Shown here: positions 28,813 to 37,601 of the stretch, piece by piece
Position numbering within the stretch: the stretch's first letter is position 1
Layout: every line of letters begins with the position of its first letter
Source of the DNA: Microgenomates group bacterium
GTDB lineage: Bacteria; Patescibacteriota; Microgenomatia; Daviesbacterales; UBA10151
Direction: 5' to 3'
Length of the DNA: 64,000 nucleotides
Assembly (NCBI GenBank): GCA_041659805.1
Contig: JBAZXP010000001.1
Span: 800,141 to 864,140 of the forward strand
Program-made: the position numbers and the translations under genes
The notes under the pieces: generated by a model
What the model saw: only the letters and a program-made list of their open reading frames with translations
Database searches by the model: none
What the model was told of the DNA's origin: nothing

Positions 28813-30120
28813 ATGGGTATAAAATTTTTCTTGAGTATACTCCTGGGTAAGTTAATTCTTTTTACCACAAACGTATTAAATATAGGTGGCGGATCTGCTG
28901 CTCCCGGATATTACGCCTTAAAGCTTTATCCTGAGTTAGTCTCAAAACTAGCTAAACAAATACCCAAAGCTATTGTTATTACAGGTACTAATGGTAAAAC
29001 TACGACTTCAAAAATGCTGGGACATTTTATTTCCAGTCAGGGACTAAAGGTGCTTAGAAATACCACAGGTTCAAATTTAGAAAGAGGAATAGCGTCTGCC
29101 TTAATTTCAAATGTTAATCTTTTCAACTTAAAGCTTAATTTTGATACTGCCATCTGGGAAACGGATGAGGCTGCTTTTAACTCAGTCGCACCCAAACTTT
29201 CACCGGATATTATTGTCTTTTTGAATGTTTTCAGAGATCAACTGGACAGATATGGTGAGGTTGATAGTATTGTTTCAAAATGGTGCGAGACAGCCAAAAA
29301 ATTAAAAAAAGACACCAAAATAATCTTGAACGGTGATGATGCAGGTTTGCTTTCTTTAGAAGCTTGTTTTAAAGGTAAAATTCAGACTTTCGGAGTGTCC
29401 AGGTTTAAAATAAAAGGCGAGAAGAATTTAACAACATCTGCCAAAAAATTGGATTTTGAAGCCAAAAATATCGAAGTTTATGGTCTGGAAGGCACTAAAT
29501 TTGAGGTGGAAGACAAAACAGGTAAATGGGGAGTTTCACTTTCAATTCCCGGTATTTATCATGTTTATGATTTTATGGCTTCATTTGCAGTTACCCAAAC
29601 ATTAAAACTTGCGCCGTCCGCCATAATTAATTCTTTTAAAACCTTTGCTCCCGCTTTCGGCAGGGTGGAAAAATTCAAACTACCTACGGGTAAAGAAGCG
29701 TATATTTTCTTAATTAAAAATCCTGTGGGTGCAACTCAGGTTTTTCAAACTATTAAACCCGAGCTTAAAAAAGAAGATAGACTCCTAATTGCTTTAAATG
29801 ACAATTTTGCCGACGGAACAGACGTTTCCTGGATCTGGGATGCGAATTTTGAAATATTTCAAAATTCGTCCCGAGCAGAGTCGAGGAACTACCAAATTTT
29901 TTGTTCAGGAACCCGCGCAGAGGAATTAGCTTTGAGACTGAAATATTCAGGAGTAAATTTACACTCAATTACAACTAAAAACAGCATCGAAGATGCCCTT
30001 AAAGACTCCCAAACAGGCTTAAATGGCCGTCTTTTCATCTTACCGACATATACTGCACTTTTGAGCCTGCAGAAGATTCTGGTGAACCAGGGGATCAAAG
30101 AAAGGTATTGGAAGCAGTGA
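28813..30120 (+). CDS. murT: Lipid II isoglutaminyl synthase, Mur-ligase-like subunit
   Basis: Mur ligase ATP-binding motif ITGTNGKTTTSKML. It overlaps the downstream gatD (ATGGAAGCAGTGA junction). Confidence 0.75.
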   Translation: MGIKFFLSILLGKLILFTTNVLNIGGGSAAPGYYALKLYPELVSKLAKQIPKAIVITGTNGKTTTSKMLGHFISSQGLKVLRNTTGSNLERGIASALISNVNLFNLKLNFDTAIWETDEAAFNSVAPKLSPDIIVFLNVFRDQLDRYGEVDSIVSKWCETAKKLKKDTKIILNGDDAGLLSLEACFKGKIQTFGVSRFKIKGEKNLTTSAKKLDFEAKNIEVYGLEGTKFEVEDKTGKWGVSLSIPGIYHVYDFMASFAVTQTLKLAPSAIINSFKTFAPAFGRVEKFKLPTGKEAYIFLIKNPVGATQVFQTIKPELKKEDRLLIALNDNFADGTDVSWIWDANFEIFQNSSRAESRNYQIFCSGTRAEELALRLKYSGVNLHSITTKNSIEDALKDSQTGLNGRLFILPTYTALLSLQKILVNQGIKERYWKQ

Positions 30121-30851
30121 AGCTAATAATTGGCTATTTGTATCATGATTTAATGAATATTTATGGGGATATAGGCAATATTATTGCCTTGCAAAAAAGA
30201 GCAGAGTGGAGAGGCATCGAGGCAGAAGTTAAATACATTTCTATTGGAGACAGTTTAAAAACAGGGGAAGTTGATATTTTCTTTTTTGGCGGGGGACAAG
30301 ACTTATCACAAGAATTAGTGGCAAAAGATTTAACTAAAGGTAAGGGCAAAGTTATCAAATCTGAAGTAGAAAAAGGAGTTCCGTTGCTTTCAATCTGTGG
30401 AGGATATCAATTGCTGGGAGATTATTATCAACCTTTTGATAAACCTAAATTAAAAGGGGTTGGGTTATTTCCGGCTTATACAAACGCAAGTAACGACAGA
30501 ATGATTGGAAATATTGTGATTCAGACGTCAGTCATCAGTCGTCAGTCGTCAGACTTAGTGGGTTTCGAAAACCATTCAGGAAAAACCAAGCTTAAAAAAG
30601 GAGCTAAACCTCTTGGGCAAGTTTTAAAAGGATTTGGTAATAATGGAGAAGACCGAACAGAAGGATGCATTTATAAAAATGCTGTTGGTTGCTATATACA
30701 TGGTTCACTTTTACCTAAAAATCCAAGGCTTACAGACTGGCTTCTTCAAAAAGCACTGGAAAAGAAGTATAAAAAAGACGTTGTACTTGAGCCTCTAAAT
30801 AACGAAATCGAGCTTAAAGCACACAATAAAGCTATCTCCAAATTTGGATAG
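30108..30851 (+). CDS. gatD: Lipid II isoglutaminyl synthase, glutamine amidotransferase subunit
   Basis: LMNIYGDIGNIIAL, LSICGGYQLLG (catalytic Cys), VGFENHSGKT and GFGNNGEDRTEGCIYKN all match S. aureus GatD. A short 7-mer tandem repeat (cagtcgt, about 3 copies) occurs at 30541..30563. Confidence 0.8.
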   Translation: MEAVKLIIGYLYHDLMNIYGDIGNIIALQKRAEWRGIEAEVKYISIGDSLKTGEVDIFFFGGGQDLSQELVAKDLTKGKGKVIKSEVEKGVPLLSICGGYQLLGDYYQPFDKPKLKGVGLFPAYTNASNDRMIGNIVIQTSVISRQSSDLVGFENHSGKTKLKKGAKPLGQVLKGFGNNGEDRTEGCIYKNAVGCYIHGSLLPKNPRLTDWLLQKALEKKYKKDVVLEPLNNEIELKAHNKAISKFG

Positions 30852-30919
30852 AGCTTGAAGATCTGTTAAAATCAGAAAGTCAGATACTCTGATTCGCCGA
30901 TTTTCTGACACTCTGAACT

Positions 30920-31002
30920 GCCGGGATGGTGAAATGGTAGACACGATAGGTTTAGGACCTATTGCTCGAAAGAGTGTGGAGGTTCGAGTCCTCTTCCCGG
31001 CA
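30920..31002 (+). tRNA. tRNA-Leu (anticodon UAG), type II
   Basis: GCCGGGA acceptor, anticodon loop UUUAGGA, variable arm UGCUCGAAAGAGUGU, T-arm GGAGG-UUCGAGU-CCUCU. Confidence 0.85.
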
Positions 31003-31155
31003 CATAAGGATTGGAGGTTCAATCCCGACGTTTCGTCGGGACAGGATCGTTTTGACGAAGTCAAAAGGTAGCCCTATTCCTCTCATCCGCACAAAGTAAG
31101 CACAAAGTAGCCAAAAGTGGTATAATATAGGTCTAAATCCTGCCTAAAGGATTAT

Positions 31156-31992
31156 ATGTCAAACATATCTACCACAACTAATAGTTTAAGCACCTTGCCT
31201 CCCACAAATGAGAGGAAAAATAACATTGCGCCTGTTTTAGATTCTCCTGAAAATATAGAAGGTATAGATAGGGTAGGATTCTTTAATGAAGAAACACCAA
31301 GCGAAAGAGCTTTTGATGCAAATTCAGGTGGAACTATTTTATTTAATCTGCCGAAACTTGAAAACTATCCTGTTGCTGAAAGAACCGAAATCCCTCAAGC
31401 TTTTCAAAAAGCCTTTGAAAATGATGACGAATCTAAAACTATAGCTGTATCAGATCTATTTAAAGAAGGTGGTTATGTAGCACTTGGTGCTGCCAAATCA
31501 GGCGCAGGAGCAATCACTAATATTTTTAAAGATACTCTGGGGGCTGTTGTGGATGTTGTTAAAAATGATATTGCATTTGAAACCCCAAAAGAACAAAAAC
31601 AAGATCCTGAAAAGCAAGCTGAGGAACAAAAGAAAGTTATCGAAACACAATACCAGAATCAGGTAATGCAAACTACAGAGGACGAGATAACAAGCCTCCG
31701 TAATAAGCTGGAAAATGAAGCACGTCTTGCGCCTTTAAAACATGAGATTGGTGATCTTGTACACTTACAGGATATGCTTTCAGGCAAATCCAGTATTGTA
31801 AAAGATAATGGGGAAATAAGAACTGATTTACAAGATGATGTTGCACGAGCCAGACAAGAAATAATGAAAACTCAACAAGGAGGCTCAAATGGTTTACCTA
31901 GTGTTGGAAAACGGGGCATGGGTCCTAAAATGAGCTTAGATGATAATAAAAGTGGTGAGACACACTCAACTGCGCAAACTGCTGTAGGTTAA
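31156..31992 (+). CDS. Hypothetical protein (278 aa), low-complexity and charged
   Basis: ORF only. Confidence 0.4.
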   Translation: MSNISTTTNSLSTLPPTNERKNNIAPVLDSPENIEGIDRVGFFNEETPSERAFDANSGGTILFNLPKLENYPVAERTEIPQAFQKAFENDDESKTIAVSDLFKEGGYVALGAAKSGAGAITNIFKDTLGAVVDVVKNDIAFETPKEQKQDPEKQAEEQKKVIETQYQNQVMQTTEDEITSLRNKLENEARLAPLKHEIGDLVHLQDMLSGKSSIVKDNGEIRTDLQDDVARARQEIMKTQQGGSNGLPSVGKRGMGPKMSLDDNKSGETHSTAQTAVG

Positions 31993-31995
31993 AAA

Positions 31996-32343
31996 TTAAT
32001 CTGAAGAAGGAAGCGGAACAGGCTTCACTACTGTTAAATCCATATCACAGCATGTAACAATTCTGTCTACTGCCTCCTTGGAAACCTTTGTTCCAAGTAA
32101 TTCGCATCCGCAACCAACATATACGCTACGGCCTGACGCAGTAATTTGATTGCCTGTAAGTGGTTTTCTATCAACCTTTTTATCTTCACCTGGAACATCC
32201 ACGAATAATCCGCAGAAGTATCTTTTTCCCATTTGAAGAGGATCACTTTCTCTAATTAATGTTCCGTCTTCATTTAATTTAACCGGAACCAGAATATCTC
32301 CTGAATCTTGATGATAAATAATATTATCTTCAATATGTGGCAT
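31996..32343 (-). CDS. Hypothetical protein (115 aa), cysteine-containing, downstream of PEPC
   Basis: ORF only. It shares an apparent operon with 32382..33899. Confidence 0.4.
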   Translation of the reverse strand: MPHIEDNIIYHQDSGDILVPVKLNEDGTLIRESDPLQMGKRYFCGLFVDVPGEDKKVDRKPLTGNQITASGRSVYVGCGCELLGTKVSKEAVDRIVTCCDMDLTVVKPVPLPSSD

Positions 32344-32381
32344 TACTTAATGTATAGTATTTTTGTAAGGGCTTGTCAAGT

Positions 32382-33899
32382 CTATCCAATACTGTTTCTT
32401 TTTTCTGCAGCGCGTTGCATTAAATCTCCGATTTCATTATCCCCGGATGACAAACGGTTATAAATTTTTCTTACAATATCAAAATGTTCCTGTTCTTTAT
32501 CTGTTTCAGGTCCCAAAGGTTGATCCAAGTACTCTTCTATAAGGGAAACATCCTTCAAAACACGTTCCCAGCCCGATGATATGATGCCCAGCCTTCTTAA
32601 ATTCTCTTTGTTTAAAAATTTTCCCGCATGTATCAAATCTTTCTTTAAATTTATATAAGTATTTTCAATCAGGTCTAACTTACCGGATTTTTTTGCTTCA
32701 GATAAACCACGTCCTGTTCCGATAAGTTCAGGGGGCACACCGATACTATATTGGGCAGCAGTAAATCCGATAGCTCGCGGAAGAACTACTCCACTAACAC
32801 CTCTTGAATATCCGAATAGTCCAACGTGTTGCAATCTTTCGCGGCGTGTGGGAACAAAACGCGCAACAGCATTTACTAAAGGAGCAATAGTTTCCACTAC
32901 TCCTCTATAATTTAATTCAAACACCGAACTTATCGATTTTAAGCCTGATAAATCTGCAGAATCGATTAACCGTGCTGATTCTTTTGGTAGTAGTTCCTCT
33001 AATTTTCTAATTCCATCGGAAACTGTTTTTGTATCCCAATCATAACGAAAAGCACTTTGAATTAATGCAGTTGAAACTCCTTTATATTCAGAAGCAAAAT
33101 CTTCCACAACATCAGGCCTCAGACTTCCTCTAAAAGGCAACGAACCTGTACCTATAATCGGATATAAGTTAATTCCGGTTTCATTTTCAAATTTCTCATA
33201 ATCAGATAAAGCAATTTTTGCCGCCAAAAGCGTAGGAACTAAACCGGAATTAAGGGCAGGATCTGATCGGGCAATAAACGGCCGGATATAATCAGGCTTA
33301 AAACCAAATCTTTCCTGATGCAACTTTACGTAATCCTCTAAGATTTTTGCGGATATTGAAATAGTTTCTGCCTGTTCAAAAAGTGGAATCAATTGAATAT
33401 GTTTTAGTGTTGCATCCTGGAACCTTAATAAGGGACTCTTTAAGTTTGACATCTCTGAAAAAGCATCCTGAACCGCAATCATTTCTTCAGCAGTTTCTGT
33501 CATAGGAAGGATAACTTCAAATAGTGGTGGCTTTGTCAGATTAAATTGATTGCTTAAAACCGATGAACTTAAAATACCCATCAGAGCCCGTCCTAATCGG
33601 AATTCAGTTTCCACCTTTGGATTCGGTAATCTGTAAGTTAAAAACTTCTTATCACCTAACGGATTTTTAGCAAAAAAATCGCTGTAAGAAGTATAAAGCT
33701 GCTCCATGTGGTCTTCAGCCACATATTTTCCTTCCCAGTCCAGCATACATTCTCCAACACCCAAATCAGAGAACATAACATAAAGCTCTTTTATCTCATC
33801 CTGACGTCCAACAAAGGTATCATTGTGCCAAAAAGGAATACCTGCATTATCAGGATGTTGACTGGCCATAACCGGTGATATTATTCTTTCTTGATCCAT
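32382..33899 (-). CDS. Archaeal-type phosphoenolpyruvate carboxylase
   Basis: N-terminal SPVMASQHPDNAGIP matches the conserved MSTQHPDN motif of atPEPC. The length is about 505 aa. Confidence 0.6.
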   Translation of the reverse strand: MDQERIISPVMASQHPDNAGIPFWHNDTFVGRQDEIKELYVMFSDLGVGECMLDWEGKYVAEDHMEQLYTSYSDFFAKNPLGDKKFLTYRLPNPKVETEFRLGRALMGILSSSVLSNQFNLTKPPLFEVILPMTETAEEMIAVQDAFSEMSNLKSPLLRFQDATLKHIQLIPLFEQAETISISAKILEDYVKLHQERFGFKPDYIRPFIARSDPALNSGLVPTLLAAKIALSDYEKFENETGINLYPIIGTGSLPFRGSLRPDVVEDFASEYKGVSTALIQSAFRYDWDTKTVSDGIRKLEELLPKESARLIDSADLSGLKSISSVFELNYRGVVETIAPLVNAVARFVPTRRERLQHVGLFGYSRGVSGVVLPRAIGFTAAQYSIGVPPELIGTGRGLSEAKKSGKLDLIENTYINLKKDLIHAGKFLNKENLRRLGIISSGWERVLKDVSLIEEYLDQPLGPETDKEQEHFDIVRKIYNRLSSGDNEIGDLMQRAAEKRNSIG

Positions 33900-33934
33900 A
33901 AATTAGGGGCAGAAGCAGATAAATAGGGAGTTTG

Positions 33935-34007
33935 TGGGCGATAAGGGATTCGAACCCCTGACATTCTCAACGTCAATGAGACGCTCTACCAACTGAGCTA
34001 ACCGCCC
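33935..34007 (-). tRNA. tRNA-Val (anticodon GAC)
   Basis: GGGCGGU acceptor, anticodon loop UUGACGU, T-arm AGGGG-UUCGAAU-CCCUU. Confidence 0.85.
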
Positions 34008-34100
34008 GAACAAAAAAATAACTATCTAATACCACCCTCATAGTACGGCTAAATATTACCATCTATTGACCCAAACCTCAACTGTAGCTATATTTAATAT

Positions 34101-34298
34101 ATGACACCACAAGTAAAAAGACATCTTACAGCAAATTCAGATATGAAAAGGAAAGATATAATGTTGGGTAATTTTTTAGGAGGAATGGCTTGGGGGATAG
34201 GCACGGTAATAGGAGCTTCTGTTGTAGTAGGAGCAGTGGGATATATGTTTAACCGCTTGGGTGTATTAAATGTATTTACAGCAATATTTGGAAACTGA
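34101..34298 (+). CDS. Hypothetical small membrane protein
   Basis: GxxxG-rich TM helix GGMAWGIGTVIGASVVVGAVG. Confidence 0.3.
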   Translation: MTPQVKRHLTANSDMKRKDIMLGNFLGGMAWGIGTVIGASVVVGAVGYMFNRLGVLNVFTAIFGN

Positions 34299-34342
34299 AA
34301 ATTTGACAAATTGAAGCTAAAAGAAGTATCATTCCAAGTCAC

Positions 34343-35578
34343 ATGGAAGACAAAAAATTAAAAGATCATAAACAAATAGGGCAAGAACTAGAGTTATTTT
34401 TTACGGATGACATTGCTCCTGGTGCGCCTTTTTGGCTGCCAAAAGGAATGGTTATTTTCAAAGAACTGGAAAAATATATCCGCAAGCTTACGCTGGACGC
34501 CGGATACTTAGAAACATCTACCCCGATCATGGTTAAAAATGATATTTTCAAACAATCTGGTCACTTTGCTAAATTTGGTGCCCATAATATGTACAACTTG
34601 GAACTCTCAGATGATGAAAATTCCAAACCAGTTGGATATACTTTAAAACCTATGAATTGCCCTGAATCAACAATTCTTTACAGATTCAGACCAAGATCTT
34701 ACAAAGAACTACCTTTAAGACTTTCAGAAATAGGAAGGCTTCACAGAAAAGAAAAGTCAGGAGAAGTAAATGGATTACTTCGAGTCAGGCAAATTACCAT
34801 GGATGACGCTCATATTTACGCCAGAGAAAATCAAATCTTTGATGAGGTCTCAAATATCTTGGATATGATGAATGCTTTTTATAAGAATTTCGGATTTGAA
34901 TATGAATTCAGATTTGCTACCCGCCCGGAACAAAGAGCGGGAACTGATGAAATGTGGGATAAAGCAGAAAAAGGTTTGGAAGAAGTACTCAAGAAAAAAG
35001 GGATAAAAGCTTCTGACAAAAAAGGTGATGGAGCCTTTTATGGTCCAAAAATAGACATGCATATTAAAGATGCTTTAGGACGCGAATGGCAGCTGGCAAC
35101 TGTTCAATTGGATTTCCATATGCCTCAGGCTTTTGATTTAAAGTATGTGACAGAAGACGGTAAAATGGAAAAACCGGTCATGATTCACAGAGCAATCTTT
35201 GGATCATTTGAACGTTTTACAGGAATCTTAACTGAACATTTTCAAGGTGCTTTTCCAACCTGGCTTGCACCAATACAAGTACAAATTGTACCCATTACAG
35301 ACAGAAATAACGACTACGGACAAAAAGTACTCGAACAATTAAAGTCCTCAGAAATCAGAGCTGAGCTGGACGACAGGTCAGAAAAAATGCAGGGAAAAAT
35401 CCGGGATGCCCAAATGCAAAAAATCCCATACATGTTAGTTATAGGTGACAGAGAAGAAAAGGATGAAAAGGTAGCAGTCAGAACCAGGGATGGAAAAGAT
35501 TTGGGAGTACTTACAATCAATGAATTCAAAGAACTGGTTCTGGACAAGATAAGCAAAAAATCTATAGAATTATCTTAA
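34343..35578 (+). CDS. thrS: Threonine--tRNA ligase, truncated form. Catalytic core plus anticodon-binding domain, lacking the N-terminal TGS/editing domains.
   Basis: DHKQIGQELELFF...PGAPFWLPKGMVIFKELEKYIR...TPIMVKNDIFKQSGHFAKF, a class II aaRS ThrRS core. Confidence 0.8.
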   Translation: MEDKKLKDHKQIGQELELFFTDDIAPGAPFWLPKGMVIFKELEKYIRKLTLDAGYLETSTPIMVKNDIFKQSGHFAKFGAHNMYNLELSDDENSKPVGYTLKPMNCPESTILYRFRPRSYKELPLRLSEIGRLHRKEKSGEVNGLLRVRQITMDDAHIYARENQIFDEVSNILDMMNAFYKNFGFEYEFRFATRPEQRAGTDEMWDKAEKGLEEVLKKKGIKASDKKGDGAFYGPKIDMHIKDALGREWQLATVQLDFHMPQAFDLKYVTEDGKMEKPVMIHRAIFGSFERFTGILTEHFQGAFPTWLAPIQVQIVPITDRNNDYGQKVLEQLKSSEIRAELDDRSEKMQGKIRDAQMQKIPYMLVIGDREEKDEKVAVRTRDGKDLGVLTINEFKELVLDKISKKSIELS

Positions 35579-35700
35579 AGAAGAAGTGCTAAAAGTGGTG
35601 AGTGAAGTCGAACCATTGAATCTAAAGTAAGTTTATGTTAACATTTGGTGTTCTTAAACGTATATATGGAGGAAGATAAAAAATAATTAAGTATTATCGA

Positions 35701-36234
35701 ATTAACGATAGGATCCAGGCTACAAGCCTTAGAGTAATTAATGCTGACGGAACGCAACTCGGATTGCTGAGTAGGGAAGAAGCATTGGCAAAGGCAAAAG
35801 AACTGGATTTGGACTTAGTTGAAATTGCAGAGAAGGCAAATCCTCCGGTAGCTAAGCTGATCGATTACGAAAAGTTCAGATACCAGGAAGAGAAGAAGGA
35901 ACAACAGGCCAGGAAAAACATGCGGGAAGTAGAGCTCAAAGAAATTTGGCTTTCTCCCAGAATTGCTGACCATGATTTGGAAACAAGACTTAAAAAGGCT
36001 AATGAGTTTTTAGCCAAGGGGAATAAAGTTAAGTTGAATGTTAAGTTTAAAGGCAGGGAAATGGCTCATCCGGAAACTGGATACAGGGTAACAGAAAGAG
36101 CTCTGGAATGGTTTCAGGGAAGAGTAGTAATTGAAAGGGAAACAAAGTTTGAAGGAAGAAACTTAACAACAATAATTGGTACGGCTAAAGGAACAATAGA
36201 AAAAGAGGAAGAGACTAAAAAAAATGAAAACTAA
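35701..36234 (+). CDS. infC: Translation initiation factor IF-3, with a probable ATT start codon
   Basis: In-frame upstream extension INDRIQATSLRVINADGTQLGLL matches the IF-3 N-domain. A stop lies at 35689. LDLVEIAEKANPPVAKLIDYEKFRY. Confidence 0.75.
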   Translation: MNDRIQATSLRVINADGTQLGLLSREEALAKAKELDLDLVEIAEKANPPVAKLIDYEKFRYQEEKKEQQARKNMREVELKEIWLSPRIADHDLETRLKKANEFLAKGNKVKLNVKFKGREMAHPETGYRVTERALEWFQGRVVIERETKFEGRNLTTIIGTAKGTIEKEEETKKNEN

Positions 36235-36427
36235 AGTTAAAACTAAAAAAACATTGGCTAAAAAAGTTAAAATTACCGGAACCGGTAAAATGATGAGATC
36301 TCACCAACTGAGATCAGGACATTTGCGCCAAAATAAAACTAAACAGTCTTTAAGAAGACATAAAGAGCCTATGGCAATGCATAAATCAGTCTTAAAAACT
36401 ATGAACAGATTATTAGGAAGGGCATAA
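36224..36427 (+). CDS. rpmI: 50S ribosomal protein L35
   Basis: MKTKVKTKKTLAKKVKITGTGKMMRSHQ... Confidence 0.85.
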   Translation: MKTKVKTKKTLAKKVKITGTGKMMRSHQLRSGHLRQNKTKQSLRRHKEPMAMHKSVLKTMNRLLGRA

Positions 36428-36432
36428 ATAAT

Positions 36433-36588
36433 ATGGGAAGAAATACCAGAAGTTTTAAACAAACACATAGCGCAAGATCAGCTGATCAAAGTACCAGCAA
36501 TTATTCACAGATCTTCAGAACCTACGGCTGGCACAAAAAAATAATTAACTGGATTAAAGTCCGAGGGAAAGGCACACCAAATGTCTAG
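36433..36588 (+). CDS. Unannotated small basic ORF (51 aa) filling the rpmI-rplT spacer. It may instead be a non-coding L20 autoregulatory leader.
   Basis: Manual translation gives MGRNTRSFKQTHSARSADQSTSNYSQIFRTYGWHKKIINWIKVRGKGTPNV*. There is no SD. It overlaps the rplT start by 8 nt. Confidence 0.2.
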   Translation: MGRNTRSFKQTHSARSADQSTSNYSQIFRTYGWHKKIINWIKVRGKGTPNV

Positions 36589-36928
36589 AGTAAAAAGGGG
36601 TGTTGTAGCCCACAGAAAACATAAAAAACTCTTTAATCTTGCAAAAGGTTATGAAGGTCATCATAGTAAATTAATCAGACAGGTTAAAGAATCTGTGCTT
36701 CATGCAGGGCAATACGCTTTTGCAGGCCGCAAGCAAAGACGAAGAGATTTGAGATCTCTTTGGATTACCCAAATGGGTATAGCTTTAAGAAACGAGGGTT
36801 TAACTTATTCCAAGTTTATTGCTGACCTAAAGGCTAAAAATATTTTATTGGATAGAAAAACACTGGCAGAAATGGCTGTCAAAGATATCAATACCTTCAA
36901 AAAAGTTGTCGCAGAAGTAAATCAGTAA
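36581..36928 (+). CDS. rplT: 50S ribosomal protein L20
   Basis: MSRVKRGVVAHRKHKKLFNLAKGY... Confidence 0.9.
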   Translation: MSRVKRGVVAHRKHKKLFNLAKGYEGHHSKLIRQVKESVLHAGQYAFAGRKQRRRDLRSLWITQMGIALRNEGLTYSKFIADLKAKNILLDRKTLAEMAVKDINTFKKVVAEVNQ

Positions 36929-36951
36929 ACTTTCTTTGCTACAATAAAGCA

Positions 36952-37590
36952 ATGATTAAGCAATTAAGAAATCAGCTTTTCCCTCTTTTAGCTACTTTGG
37001 TATTAATTCTGGGACTATACCTTTTAAGCAGTCTCATTCCTGAAGAAAATATTCAGAAGATGATTATTGAAGCAGGGATTTTTGCACCAATTGTTTATGT
37101 CATGTTTACATTAATCACATACATAATCGCACCTTTAAGCACAACTCCCTTGATTTTTGTTGGATTCCGCATGTTTGGGCAGGAAATTATTGTTTGGCAT
37201 ATGCTGGCAACAGTTCTGGCGTCAGTTACTAATTTCTGGATTGCCAGAAAATTAGGTCGGGGACTGGTTATTAGACTTGTGGGTAAATCTGCAATCAATC
37301 AGATTGATAAGCTAGCCGGTGAATATGGTTTACAAACACTTTTTGTTTTAAGGGTTTTCCAGGGTGGAATTCATGATTTTATTTCTTATGCAGCAGGACT
37401 AACTTCTATTAAATTTTGGCCCTACTTTATTATTTCTACAATCGGTATGATCCCAGGAAATATTCTTTGGTATATATTTTCCGCCACAACTCAAAACCCT
37501 TTAATTTTTACCCTGTTAACTCTCGGTCTTGCAACTGTTTTTTCTGGGGTTTATATATTTGCTCTTTACCTACAGAGAAAATTCAAATAA
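36952..37590 (+). CDS. DedA/TVP38-family membrane protein
   Basis: Multi-TM with conserved FWIARKLGRGLVIRL...VFQGGIHDFISYAAGLT. Confidence 0.65.
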   Translation: MIKQLRNQLFPLLATLVLILGLYLLSSLIPEENIQKMIIEAGIFAPIVYVMFTLITYIIAPLSTTPLIFVGFRMFGQEIIVWHMLATVLASVTNFWIARKLGRGLVIRLVGKSAINQIDKLAGEYGLQTLFVLRVFQGGIHDFISYAAGLTSIKFWPYFIISTIGMIPGNILWYIFSATTQNPLIFTLLTLGLATVFSGVYIFALYLQRKFK

Positions 37591-37601
37591 TGTGCTAAAA
37601 T

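Noticed and set aside
36561-36595. RNase P RNA P4-like string aaagtccgagggaaagg
   Set aside because: It is only a short partial match, located in the rplT leader. No other RNase P helices are recognizable.
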